A stretch of DNA of 64,000 nucleotides from the human T2T-CHM13v2.0 reference genome, Homo sapiens: the NCBI RefSeq assembly GCF_009914755.1, contig NC_060931.1; one strand, 5' to 3'. Each line of letters starts with the position of its first letter. Position 1 is the stretch's first letter. The notes under the pieces are model-generated. The model was not told the DNA's origin and did not search any database. It saw only the letters and a list, made by a program, of their open reading frames with translations. This document shows, piece after piece, positions 1-13,089 of this stretch. Position numbers and translations under genes: made by a program.

Positions 1-405
1 GGATGCTGGACTCCAGCAGTGACAGGCCCCGAACCTGCCCTTGTGAAGGCCACTTTCTTAGTGGTGGTGGCTCATCTAGCAGGCTGAGGAATGTACAAAG
101 GATGTGTAAGAAAATCTACCTAGCAGTAGGGTATATAATGAGTTAAAGAACTGAGCTTCTACTGGCAATGAGACCAGCCAGGGTAATGTTGCAAAAGTTT
201 AGATGTACATTAAGACCCAGAAGGGCTGAACTTGGTTAGGGGAGAGGAACATGAAATGAAAAGTCTAATGCATGAACCCTAGAACCACATGAATATTAAA
301 GCTCACACTGAAGTATCTGTGCCTCCTTCTCCCTTGCCCTGCCCTTTTTCAGCCTCCCAAAGCTGCACCCATTCCTCCTGTGTCCCCAATATCCCCTATG
401 CCATG

Positions 406-1040
<635 letters not shown>

Positions 1041-2381
1041 CCATGGTAACTGGGTCCCATACATCCTGAAAATACTAATAGAACAAATATTCCCACTCCT
1101 GAAATTTAACTTGATCCTGAAGACGAAGGATTTCCTTGAGCTCATAAATGGAAGTGGTTCATCTTCCAGGTAGAGAATGCAAGGTAGATTGGTTTTGTTC
1201 ACAGGGGTCATGCAGAGCTAAGCACATAGAAGGTGCTCAGTAAGCACCTGCTGAACATACTGAAGTGACATAGCCAGGCAGAGACGGGTAGGTGGACAGC
1301 CAACACGCCATGAGAGCTGGAAGGGCGCATCCTCTCTTAGGAGCTGGGGCCCTGGCCAGCTGACTCAGCTTCAAGCTCTGCTAGTACATAAGTCCCTCGG
1401 GGCCTATAAGCTTGGCCGTGTTGCAGCTGAAATTTCTGCTGAATAAGGTCATACATACTAACCTGAGAATGCAATAGTGAGAATGGCTCCTTCTTTTTCG
1501 CATCCCAGACCCCAGAATAGAAATATTTACCATCACGTCTGGATGATAATATCAATAAATTATCAGACATTGCACGTATTAAGAAAAGCTCATTTTCTGG
1601 AAATTGTCCTTATTGTCCTAATTGGGAATTATCTTGAAGCCGTGGATAGAAAATGACCTTTCAGATTGCTGGGACAAAGCCCAAGTCTAAATTGGAAACG
1701 TGTTTAATGGCTAAGACAGCCCACTTCCAGATTAATTATGGATGCTTTTCCATTTCAAGATTACATTAGGAAGGAAAGTTGTCACTGGGTGGAATGTGAG
1801 TCTCCACTGCATCCTTTTAAGATAAATAAGTTGAAGTTTGAAGAAAATTTGAGATTACTTTTGGTTAAGTGAATAAAATCTGTTTAGCGAACTCTTTGAA
1901 GTTGTGGATTGCCTGGGAATCTACAAATCTGCAACCTCCCTCCCTCTAGATACATTCAGAGGGTAGAAGAGAAGTCATTTAAAACCTTATGCTTGACTTC
2001 TTGCTTCCTGCCTTGGTTTTTAACCAAAACTAAAAATAAAAAAGCCAAAAGAGAGGAAACTTGATAGGCTCAAAACAGGAAATTAGATTGTAAGCAAAAA
2101 AATTGTCCAAACATCGAAAAAAGGAACACATCAAAGAAGGGAGGTGCTTTGTTTTTATACTTTGTTATCGTCCTGGAAAAAAATGTCTGCTGCCTCTGAT
2201 AATACATATTAACACTTCTTTTTTACTTAGCTTTTATTTTTATCAAAGTAATAAAATCATCTTGTTTAAAGTGTCAAATAGTTCTATATGGCTTATTAGG
2301 ATAAACAACCATCCAATTTTCAAGATTTTTTTTTCCTTTGGCATTTGTCTTTAATTCTCTAAATATATTCACCTGCTACTT

Positions 2382-2597
2382 GAGGGGTCAGCAGACTTTT
2401 CCTGTAAAGAGCAAAACAATGAGTATTTTAGGCTTTGAGAGCCATAGAGTCTCTGTTGCAGTTACTCACCTCTGCTGTTGTAGCACAAAAGCAGCTGTGG
2501 GCAATATGTAAATGAGTGGGTGTAGCTGGGTGCTGAAAAAACTTTATCTACAAACACAGGTGGCTGCACAGTGGGCTGTCCTTTACCGTCTCCTAGG
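2382..2597. mobile_element. hAT-Charlie MITE (MER58A-like)
   Basis: AGGGGTCAGCAGACTTTTCCTGTAAAG start, GTATTTTAGGCTTTG and GCACAAAAGCAGCTG core resemble MER58; ends approximate. Confidence 0.7.
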
Positions 2598-2785
2598 CTA
2601 CTCCTTGAGTTTCTGTTTTTAGTCAGTCACTGTTAGGTGACTCCTGACTATGGAAGATGAGGATTAGGCTCTTTCACAGCCAACAACTCTCCTCCATGGC
2701 CTCCTCCCCTCCATGTTTTTCCTTTACCTTCACCCTTCCAATAGGATGGTTTACTGGCTTTGGATAGATCCGTATGCAGTGTTTA

Positions 2786-3169
<384 letters not shown>

Positions 3170-3371
3170 CTATTTTGTTTTCCTTAATCATTATATTGTT
3201 TTCTTCATTTGCTTAATTTTTTGTGAACTAATTATGAATTGAAACTCAAGCTCTCTCTCAATTTTAAAATCTTCCCTCAACATATTGCAGCCAATATAAG
3301 AGGAACTCACCATTTCATTTTCTTGGAAACTTCTACCCCAGAGCATTCTGGCTGGATAGGCCTTGGGCATC

Positions 3372-3757
3372 TGTATTAGTCTGTCTTCATTCTGCTATAA
3401 AGAACTACATGAGACTGGGTAATTTATGAAGAAAAGAGGTTTAATTGACTCGCAGTTCTGCAGGGTTAACAGGAAGTCTGGCTAAGACGCCTCAGGAAAC
3501 TTATAATCACAGCAGAAGGTGAAGGGGAAGTAAGCATGTCTTACCTCTGCAAAGCAGGAGAAAGCGAGTGAGCTGGGATCTGCCACATACTTTTAAACCA
3601 TCAGATCTCTTGAGAACCCACTCACACTATCATGAGAACAGCAAGGGAGAAATCCGCCCCCATGATCCAATCATCTCCCACCAGGACCCTCCCCTGACAC
3701 ATGGGATTACAATTCAAGGTGAGATTTGCGGGGGGGACACAGAGCCAAGCCGTATCA
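3372..3757 (-). mobile_element. MaLR solo LTR (MST family)
   Basis: TGTATTAGTC...GACACAGAGCCAAGCCGTATCA; near-TSD GCATC/CCATC. Confidence 0.88.
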
Positions 3758-3879
3758 CCATCCTTGCATCTCTCTTCTCCATCATCATAGATAACCTGGG
3801 CCTCCGGATGGCATGAGATCCCCCTCCTACCCGGCTTCCATGACTTTCTCTTTGTTGATCTAGTCCCTTTTTTAAAAAT

Positions 3880-5480
3880 GGAGCCATCAAGCTTCCTGAG
3901 AAAGAATGAACGGGAATCACATTTTCTGAAACATTGCAAGTCTGAAAATGTCTTTATTCTCCCTCATGCTTAATTGAAATCAGACTGAATACAGAATTCT
4001 CATTTAGAAATTATTTCCCTTCACAAGTTTGAAGGAATTTGTCTATTGTCAATAGTATTGCTCTCAAGAAATTCAATGCCATTTTCATTCTCAATTCTTT
4101 ATTTGAACTCGGTGTTTTTCTCTCTGGAAGCTTTTAGGTTCTTATTCTTCTTTGTTTTCTGAAATCTCATGAATATTATTTGATGTGGGTCTATTTTGAC
4201 TCTTTCTGTTGGAACACACATGGGGCCTTTTAATCTGGAAAGCCGTTCTTGAACTCTAGGAATAGATTTTGGGGGACAATTTCTTCTTTCATTTCCTTTT
4301 CTCTCTTCCCAGAATTTGTTATTCAGCTATCAGACCCCATGGACTGATCTGTTATTTTCTTATATTTTCTTTCATTTGTTCAATTTCTTTGGCTGTTGTT
4401 TCCCCTATTCTCTGAACAATGTTCTCAAATTTACATTTCATAAACTCTCATTGAGTTTTTCACTTCTTTTTTTATGTTCTGAATTTCCAAGAGCTCTATT
4501 TTTTGTTCTTTGAATGTTCCTTTTTTTAAATCATCTGTTCTCATTTCATGAAAGCAATATGTTATCTCTCAGAAGGTATTAATGACGGTTTTCTCCCAAG
4601 TGTTTCTTTTCCTACTCAGCCTCTTTTTCCTTCAAGTAGCTTTCTTTGGTTGGTTGGTTGGTGTGTGTGTGTGTGTGTGTATATGTGTATTTTCGTTTGT
4701 TTTTCTTTTTTCTTCTCCTGTGTTTGAGACATGTCCTCAAATGCCTGGTTCCCCTTTAGCTGACACCCACATTTAAGATTGAGGCACTACAAATATGACT
4801 GAAAGTTCTGTGCACACAAATGGGGCCTGTCACCCGTGGGCTTCAGTGGCTGAGTTGTTTCATCGGGAAGCCCCTGATGTTGCATCACTGAGATTTTTGT
4901 CTTGGGCTGATTGAAAGCTCCAGAGAAGAATTTTCTGCCCTGTTGCCTGGAGGGTAGACACCTGGCTGTCACTGTTCTCACAGCTAAGAAGGAAGAGGAC
5001 TGCGAGGTTCAAGATTCAGTGTGTAAATGTTGACTGAAGATCCCTGTTTTCAGTACAGAGCCCCTGCCGTCCTATGCCTAGAGTCCTCCAACTGAGAGTC
5101 TCTGTGTCCTTCCCAGAGAATACATCGTTCCTCTTCTGCCAGAGTGAGGGGAGGACAGATGCCTGGGGTAGGGATCTGGGGATATAAATGTTCTTCACGA
5201 GCTTCCAGTGAGTTCTTCTGTTTTTAGCTTCACATAAACACACATATCCAGTGGAAACTCTTGCCATCAACTGCACAAATAATGGGCGGCTTTGCAGTGC
5301 CAACCGGGCTACTTCTCAGCACTCTCCACCTCAGTGCAAGCATCTGTCCTTGGATATGCTGCCACTTAAGATGGTTCTGCTGTTTTTCAGCTCTAAAAAG
5401 GTTGTTATCATCCCCTGCCTCATGATTTGTTCTTACACCTTCGTATATCTTAACACTTCATTCCCCTTTTCACGGGCTTT
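3880..5480 (-). mobile_element. Ancient L1M (ORF1/5' region) remnant
   Basis: T-rich plus strand with TCTGAAAATGTCTTTATTCT, ATACAGAATTCT and CTCTCTGGAAGCTTTTAGG, typical of antisense old L1; boundaries approximate. Confidence 0.5.
4661..4680. repeat. (GT)10 microsatellite
   Basis: Direct reading. Confidence 0.9.
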
Positions 5481-5548
5481 ATGAAGAAGCAGTGGTAAAT
5501 GTAGGTGCTCAATCCACCATCTTTAACGGGAATCCTTCAGCACTTCTA

Positions 5549-5889
<341 letters not shown>

Positions 5890-6418
5890 TCATTTCACAA
5901 TATTCTTGACTTATTAAAGCTGGAGTCATGGCATAATTTCCAATTTGCTTTTCAAAAGAATTAATTGATCAGCTAAGAAATTTACAAGTAATTTTTTTCA
6001 AATAGTGAGGTCCCTTAGTATTAAAATGAATTTCATGTTTTAATACTAGGTTTTTCCTCCCACGCAGTGAATTTTCTTCTTGCTTTAAGAAGAAATGCTC
6101 TGGAGAGAATATAAAATTATATATAGTTGTGTATGAATTATATGTCATAGGATTACATATAATTATATGTAAATATAATTACAATTATAACATTAATACA
6201 TGTTCACTGCAGAAAACTTGGAAAAAAACAAAGAGTTTAAGAGAAACTTCATAATCAACTGTATTCTCAACAACTACAGAAAGCTTAACCAATGATTTGT
6301 CCGTATCCATGGCTAAGAACGAATGTACCTACACATCTGTGCCATTTTTAAATTGGCATTTTTTAAAAAGTAGATCCAATTTTAGAAGTTTGAAATCTAG
6401 TTTAAAAGCCTAGATTTT

Positions 6419-7037
6419 ATTTTTTTCCATTTTAACCTATTTATGTATTTATTTATTTATTTATTTATTTATTTATTATACTTTAAGTTCTGGGGTACAT
6501 GTACGGAACGTGCAGTTTTGTTACATAGGTATACACGTGCCATGGTGGTTTGCTGTACCCATCAACCTGTCATCTACATTAGGTATTTCTCCTAATGCTA
6601 TCCCTCCCCTAGCCCTCCCACCCCCCAATAGGCCCCGGTGTGTGATGTCCCCCTCCCTATGTCCATGTGTTCTCATTGTTCAGCTCCCACCTGTGAGTGA
6701 GAACATGCAGTGTTTGGTTTTCTGTTCTTGGGTTAGTTTGCTGAGAATGATGGTTTCCAGCTTCATCCAAGTCCCTGCAAAGGACGTGAACTCATCCTTT
6801 TTTATGGCTGCATAGTGTTCCATGGTGTATATGTGCCACATTTTCTTTATCCAGTCTATCATTGATGGGCATTTGGGTTGGTTCCAACTCTTTGCTATTG
6901 TGAATAGTGCCACAATAAACATACATGTGCATGTGTCTTTATAGTAGAATGACTTATAATCCTTTGGGTATATAGCCAGTAATGGGATTGCTGGGTCAAA
7001 TGGTATTTCTGGTTCTAGATTCTTGAGGAATCTCCAC
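6419..7037 (-). mobile_element. 5'-truncated L1PA (PA7/8-like): ORF2 C-terminus, 3'UTR, degenerate (TAAA)n tail
   Basis: ORF 6680-7039 reads WRFLKNLEPEIPFDPAIPLL...MFIVALFTIAK...WIKKMWHIYTMEHY (L1 ORF2p end); 14-bp TSD AAAGCCTAGATTTT (6405-6418, 7038-7051). Confidence 0.95.
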
Positions 7038-7299
7038 AAAGCCTAGATTTTCTAGAGGAATTCTTCTCTATACAGGGAAACATTGCAGTAATGAGTTTAA
7101 GTGCATTGATTCTTTAAGCACATTTGTTTGTTGAATGATAAGACTATTGTATGTAGTTCACATCCAGCCCCCTACACAACTGTCACACACAATGACCTTC
7201 ACAGTGATTCATGCCTGAACAACATTGTTTCCTTTGCCTTTAGGCTTGCAATTGGGAACTCATTTTATTTGAACCAAAGCCTTCAGTCGAGATGAAAAT

Positions 7300-7712
7300 T
7301 TTCACTCACGTCTGTGTGAAGAGACCACCAAACAGGCTTTGTGTGAGCAACAAGGCTGTTTATTTCACCTGGGTGCAGGCAGGCTGAGTCCAAAAAGAGA
7401 GTCAGCAAAGGGAGATGGGGTGGGGCCATTTTATAAGATTCGGGTAAGTAAAGGAAAATTACAGTCAAAGGGGGGTTATTCGCTGGTGGCAGGAGTGGGG
7501 GTCACAGGGTGCTCAGTAGGGGAGCTTTTGAGCCAGGATGAGCCAGGAGAAGGAATTTCACACGATAATGTCATCAGTTAAGGCATGAACAGGCCATTTT
7601 CACTTCTTTTGTGGTGGAATGTCATGAGTTAAGGCAGGAACCGGCCATCTGGATGTATACGTGCAGGTCACAGGGGATATGATGGCTTAGCCTTGGGCTC
7701 AGAGGCCTGACA
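7300..7712 (-). mobile_element. HERV-H 3' LTR (LTR7 family) with intact AATAAA
   Basis: Minus strand begins TGTCAGGCCTCTGAGCCCAAG; AATAAA at 7364-7359; PPT AATATAAGAAGACAGGAA at 7730-7713. Confidence 0.95.
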
Positions 7713-7949
7713 TTCCTGTCTTCTTATATTAGTAAGAAAAATAAAATGAAATAGTGGTAAAGTGTTGGGACGGCAAAAATTTTGGGGGGTGGTATGGAGA
7801 GATAATGGGCGATGTTTCTTAGGGCTGCTTCGAGCGGGATTAGGGGCGGCATGGGAACCTAGAGTGGGAGAGATTAAGCTGAAGGAAGATTTTGTGGTAA
7901 GGGGTGATATTGTGGGGTTGTTAGAAGAAACATTTGTAGTGTAGAATTA

Positions 7950-9400
7950 TTGGTGATGGCCTGGATACGATTTTGTATAAATTGAAAAACTATACGGAAT
8001 AAGAGAAGGAGAAAAACAGGTATTAAAAGACTAAGAATTGGGAGGACCTAGGACATCTAACTAGAGAGTGTCCAAGGGGGTTCAGCATAATTACTTACTT
8101 GGTTGGCAAGTTTTTGGGCTCTATCCTTGAGTTTTTTATGTTGTCATACACCAGGCCAGATTGATTTAGGTAAAAACAACACTCTTCATTTAAGAATATA
8201 CAGAGTCCTCCTTTTTCAGCAGTGAGTAAGTCAAGGCCTCAGCGGTTTTGGAGGACAACTGCAGCTAAAGAGTCAACTTGGGCCTGGAGGACTGATAAAG
8301 TTTGTGATATGTCTGTGATGCTAGCAGAGAAGTCATTAGAGAGGCTACGGAAGGTCGTGACAGAGGTTGAAATGCCTGCTATTCCAGTACCGAGAGCAAT
8401 AGTAGAGGCAGAAAGTCCTAAACCGACAAGCAAGGGAATTAGTGGAATAACTCTTTTTTGTCGTGTCGGTGTCATGAGGGGAACAGGGAGCTCTTCGGTC
8501 CTATTTGCAAATTGAATTTTGGGGGTAAGGAAGACTAGTGTGCATGTGCCTGTCCAATTAGCAGGTAGACACATGTAGGTAGAGGATCCACAGACGAAGA
8601 GACCTTGTGCGAGGCAAAACTGGAGATGCAAAGTAAAGAGAAGCAGTGCTGAAAGGGGTGTCTTGTACCCAGACTCCTAGGTATCCAGCTAGGGTGGCAG
8701 CCGTCAGAGGCTGTAATGGGGATTGATGAAGTAACTGCGTAGAGGGGGAGGTTCGATTTACATGGTGTGTGAGAAAACGTTGAGTATCTACGAGCAACCT
8801 TTCACTGTTATTTTCGGGGCTGGGTATAAGTAAACAAGAAGAGGGCTTTGGAGATGAAGAGTAAAGGAACATCGAGAAGGTGAAAGATTACCTAAGGGAA
8901 TTCCAGTAGGTCTTTGCTGAGAGATACATAAAGGAGCGGCCACAGGAATAGTAGTTTGTGTTGTGAGAGGTCTAAATATGGGGGGAGTAGAGTTGATATA
9001 AGGAGAAAGGTTTTTCAAGTAAGTGTGGAGGAGGGTGGCAGCTTGCTGATGTGAAATGTCTGGGGAGGTCTTGCTGGACCTGTCTAGAAAGTAAATGAGT
9101 TCTTCAGGAGGGTAAAAGTGAGGGCTGTTAAAGGAAGTCTGGAGGTGTAGGGAGACAGGAGGTGTTGCCTAGTCTGCATGTAAGGTGGGGACAACTGTGT
9201 AGGCCCTGGAAGAAAGGGAAATGCAAAGCCAGTGGTTGTTTGCTAAGGAGGGATTAGAAACGGCTAGGAGAGAATGAGTAAGGTTGATAGCGTGGTGGAG
9301 ATAGCTGGGGAGAGGTAGAGGGTGGCAGAGGAATGGGAATGAGAATAAAAGTGAGTATAAAAGTAAAGAATAGAACTTCGTCAGGGTGAAAGTACTGGAG
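7950..9400 (-). pseudogene. env: HERV-H env remnant (SU plus TM)
   Basis: ORF 8239-8631 has furin site RQKR, fusion peptide VIPLIPLLVGLGL and the ISD start LQNR; reading past the TGA gives [21 protein letters not shown] (CX6CC); boundaries approximate. Confidence 0.9.
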
Positions 9401-9599
9401 GGTCCCCTGCCAGCAAAGATCATCTATCCACTCTAAGAGGGAGTTAAGAGTTGCCAGTCCTGGGCGGGGGCAAATCCTCGAGCTTGATGTGTAGGGAAGG
9501 GAGGGGGCCTGAATAATCCCTGAAGAGTAGCAGAATAGCAGATGGAAGAAGTTACTTCCTTGAGGATAGATTTCCACGATGGAAAGAAAATGAGAGGTT

Positions 9600-10690
9600 C
9601 TAAGAGGCAGGCTAGTGGCTTGTACTATAGCATAGCCTGCCTTTGCTGGTGTGTGGCGATTAGGCCTGGTGGAACTGCCATCAATAAACCAAGTGTGTTC
9701 AGGGTGAGGAACAGGAAAGAAGGAAATACGGGGAAATGGGGTGAATGTCAAGTGGATCAGAGAGATACAGTCATAGGGGTCAGGTGTGGTATCTGGAATA
9801 CTGTGTGAGGCCGGATTGAAGTCTGGGCCAGGAACAATGGTAATTGTGGGAGATTCAACAAAGAGTGAGTACACCTGAAGGAGCCGGGGAGCAGAAAGTA
9901 TATGCATCAGGTGGGAGAAAGAAAATAGATCTTGGAAGTTATGAGAACTGTAGACAGTGAGTTTAACACAGTTTGTGATTTTTTGGGCCTCTAAAAGTAT
10001 TAAAGCAGTGGCAGCAGCTGCATGCAGACATGAGGGCTAGGCTAAAACAGTAAGGTCATAGTTGTTTGGACAGAAAGGCTACAGGGTGCTGTCCCGGCTC
10101 TTGTGTAAGAATTCTGACCGCACTAACCATGCCTAGGAAGGAAAGGAATTGTTGTTTTGTAGAAGGGGTTGGGGTTTGGGAGATTAGCCAGACACGATCA
10201 GCAGGGAAAGCACGTGTGTTTTTATGATAATTATGCTGAGACAGGTAACAGATGAGGAAGAAATTTGGGCTTGACTGAAGTAATGGGAGCTGTCTGTGAA
10301 GCCTTGCGGCAGTACAGCCCAGGTAATTTGCTGAGCCTGATGGGTGTGAGGGTCAGTCCAAGTGAAAGCAAAGAGAGGCTGGGATGAAGGGTGCAAAGGA
10401 ATAGTAAAGAAAGCATGTTTGAGATCCAGAACAGAATAATGGGTTGTGGAGGGAAGTATTGAGGATAGGAGAGTATATGGGTTTGGCACCACAGGGTGGA
10501 TAGGCAAAACAATTTGGTTGATAAGGCGCAGATCCTGAACTAACCTGTAAGCCTTGTCTGGTTTTAGGACAGGTAAAATGGGGGAATTGTAAGGGGAGTT
10601 TATAGGCTTTAAAAGGCCATGCTGTAACAGGCAAGTGATAACAGACTTTAATCCTTTTAAAGCATGCTGTGGGATGGGATATTGGCATTG
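9600..10690 (-). pseudogene. pol: HERV-H pol remnant (RT, start of RNase H; integrase largely deleted)
   Basis: VVPNPYTLLS...YSVLDLKHAFFTIPL...VLPQGF (RT) and WFIDGSS...AGYAIV (RNase H) in fragmented ORFs. Confidence 0.9.
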
Positions 10691-10890
10691 AGGGGGTAAG
10701 GGTGATTAGGTTTTAATGGGATGGTAAGGGGTGCATGATCGGTCGCTAAGGAGGGAGTAGAGGTGTCCTATACTTGTGGGTTAAGGTGGGGAGATACAAG
10801 TGGGGGGGATGTGAAGGAGGCGTTGAACTGGGGGAAAAGGTGGCAATGAGGTGTGGCTGTAGCCCAGGAATAGTCAGGGAAGCAGATAAT

Positions 10891-11130
10891 TTAGTTAAAG
10901 TGTCTCGGCCTAATAAGGGAACTGGGCAGGTTGGGGATAACTAAAAAGGAGTGCTTAAAAGAGTATTGTCTAAGTTGGCACCAGAGTTGGGGAGTTTTAA
11001 GAGGTTTAGAAGCCTGGCCATCAATACCCACAACAGTTACGGAGGCAAGGGAAACAGGCCCTTGAAAAGAAGGTAATGTGGAGTGGGTAGCCTCCATATT
11101 GATTAAGAAGGGGACAGACTTGCTCTCCAC
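10891..11130 (-). pseudogene. pro: HERV-H protease remnant
   Basis: VPFLINMEATHSTL...VVGIDG: degenerate retropepsin lacking the DTG catalytic motif. Confidence 0.8.
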
Positions 11131-11149
11131 TGTGAGAATTACCAGAAGA

Positions 11150-12300
11150 TCGGCATCCGTGATAGTCTAGGGGGCTTCCGAGGTGATCGGGCAGCGTCCG
11201 TCTTCAGCCACTAAGCCAAGAAGATCTGGGAAGGAGTCAGAGAGCCTTAGGCCAGAGTTCCAGGGGCTCTGGGAGTGGCTGCCAGGTGAGTTGAACAGTC
11301 CGATTTTCAGTGGGGTCCCGCACAGATGGGACATGGCTTAGGAGGAATCCTGGGCTGCGGGCATTCCTTGGCCCAGTGGCCAGATTTCCAGCACTTGTAG
11401 CAAGCTCCCGGGGGAGAAGGTTCTGGAGGAATCCCTGGCAGCTGCAGTTCAGGCGTTTGGAGTTCTTGTGTGCTGGAGATATGGCTGGGGTTTGTCTCAC
11501 AGTGGAGGCAAGGAATTGCAACTCAGAAATACATTGCTACTTGGCTGCCTCTACTCTATTATTGTACACCTTGAAGGCAAGGTTAATTAAGTCCTGTTGT
11601 GGGGTCTGAGCACCGGAATTTAATTTTTGGAGTTTATTTAATGTCGGGAGCAGATTGGGTAATAAAATGTATATTGAGAATAAGACGGCCTTTTGACCTT
11701 TTAGGGTCTAGGGCTATAAAGCGTCTCAGGGTTGCTGCCAAACAAGCCATGAACTGGACTGGGTTTTTATATTTGATGAAAAAGAGCCTAAATGCTATCT
11801 GATTTGGGATAAGGAAAAGGAGCATTAACCTTGACTATGCCTTTAGCTCCAGCCACCTTTTTAAGAGGAAATTGCTGGGCAGGTTGGGGAGAGCTTGTCA
11901 CTGAACGAAACTGTAAGCCGGACTGGGTGTGAGGAGGGGAGATGATAAAAGGATTGTAGGGTGGAGGAGTGGAGGCTGAGGAAGAATTGGAACCTAGCTC
12001 GACCTGGCAAGGAGGGGAGAGGTCAGATGGGTCTGTAGAAAAGGAAGATTAGAAAGACTCAGCGACACTTGGGGTTGGGACTAAGGGGACAGGTGGGAGG
12101 GAAAGAAGGAAGATTTGGGACAAGTTGCATTGGGAACAGAGACTAGGGAGGGACCGATGTGTAAAAGAGTGCCTGGATGTCAGGCACCTCAGACCATTTG
12201 CCTATTTTATGACAAGAATTATTTAGATCTTATAGGATGGAAAAATTGAAAGTGCCATTTTCTGGCTATTTGGAACCACTGTCAAGTTTGTACTGGGGTC
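11150..12300 (-). pseudogene. gag: HERV-H gag remnant
   Basis: Lies between leader and pro; the 3' part resembles frameshifted nucleocapsid zinc-knuckle sequence; no long ORF; boundaries approximate. Confidence 0.7.
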
Positions 12301-12464
12301 AAGCGGCATTGCAGAAGAAAATAAGGCATTTAGGTTTTAGGTCAGGTGTGAGTTGAAGAGGTTTTAGGTTTTTAAGAACACAGGCTAAGGGAGAAGAAGG
12401 GGGAATGGAGGGTGGAAGCTTGCCCATAGTGAAGGAGGCAAGCCCAGAGAAAAGAGCAAGTAGA

Positions 12465-12652
12465 GACATGGAGAGAAGGGGTCGGGGGGTTCTTGCCCCC
12501 TAGAAAAGCGGTACTTGCCGCTGAGGGTGAAGGAGAAGGAGTTGGGGGGTTCTTGCCCCCCAGAAAAGCAGAGAAGGGGTAGAGACATGGAGAGAAGGGG
12601 TTAGGGGGTTCTTGCCCTCCAGAAAAGCGGTACTTGCCACTAAGGGTGAAGG
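12465..12652. repeat. HERV-H leader tandem repeats
   Basis: GTAGAGACATGGAGAGAAGGGG occurs twice ~120 bp apart; GGGGGTTCTTGCCC three times. Confidence 0.8.
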
Positions 12653-13069
12653 ACCAAGGCAGGCGTCCCCGTGTGGTCAGATGCCTCTGAAATGTGGGTG
12701 AATAATCAGGCAGGCGTCCCCATGTGATTAAACACCAAGGGAAGACTGTCTTCCCCAGTCCGTGACCGGTGCCGGAGTTTTGGGTCCACAGATAAAACGT
12801 GTCTCCTTCGTCTCTACCAGAAAAGGAAAGGAACTGAAATTAAGAGAAGGGAGAGATTGAAGTGTGGCACCAAGATTGAAAGGAGAAAGAGGTTGAGGGA
12901 TAGTGAGAGAGGTTGGAGAAGAGAGTAAAAAGAGGCCGCTTACTGGATTTAAAATTGGTGAGATGTTCCTTGGGCTGGTTGGTCTGAGGACCAGAGGTCG
13001 TAGGTGGATCTTTCTCACAGACCAAAGAGCAGGAGGACAGGGGATTGATCTCCTAAGGAAGATCCCCTG

Positions 13070-13087
13070 ATTCGAGTCACAGCACCA
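13070..13087 (-). other. Primer binding site for tRNA-His
   Basis: TGGTGCTGTGACTCGAAT vs canonical TGGTGCCGTGACTCGGAT (16/18), 2 nt from the 5' LTR. Confidence 0.92.
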
Positions 13088-13089
13088 AA

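Noticed and set aside
1337-1570. Protein-like 77-aa minus ORF with CAG|GTTAGT at ~1462
   Set aside because: Starts at a non-ATG codon in the track and has no recognisable homology. The junction could be a donor, an acceptor or chance. BLASTP and RNA-seq are needed.
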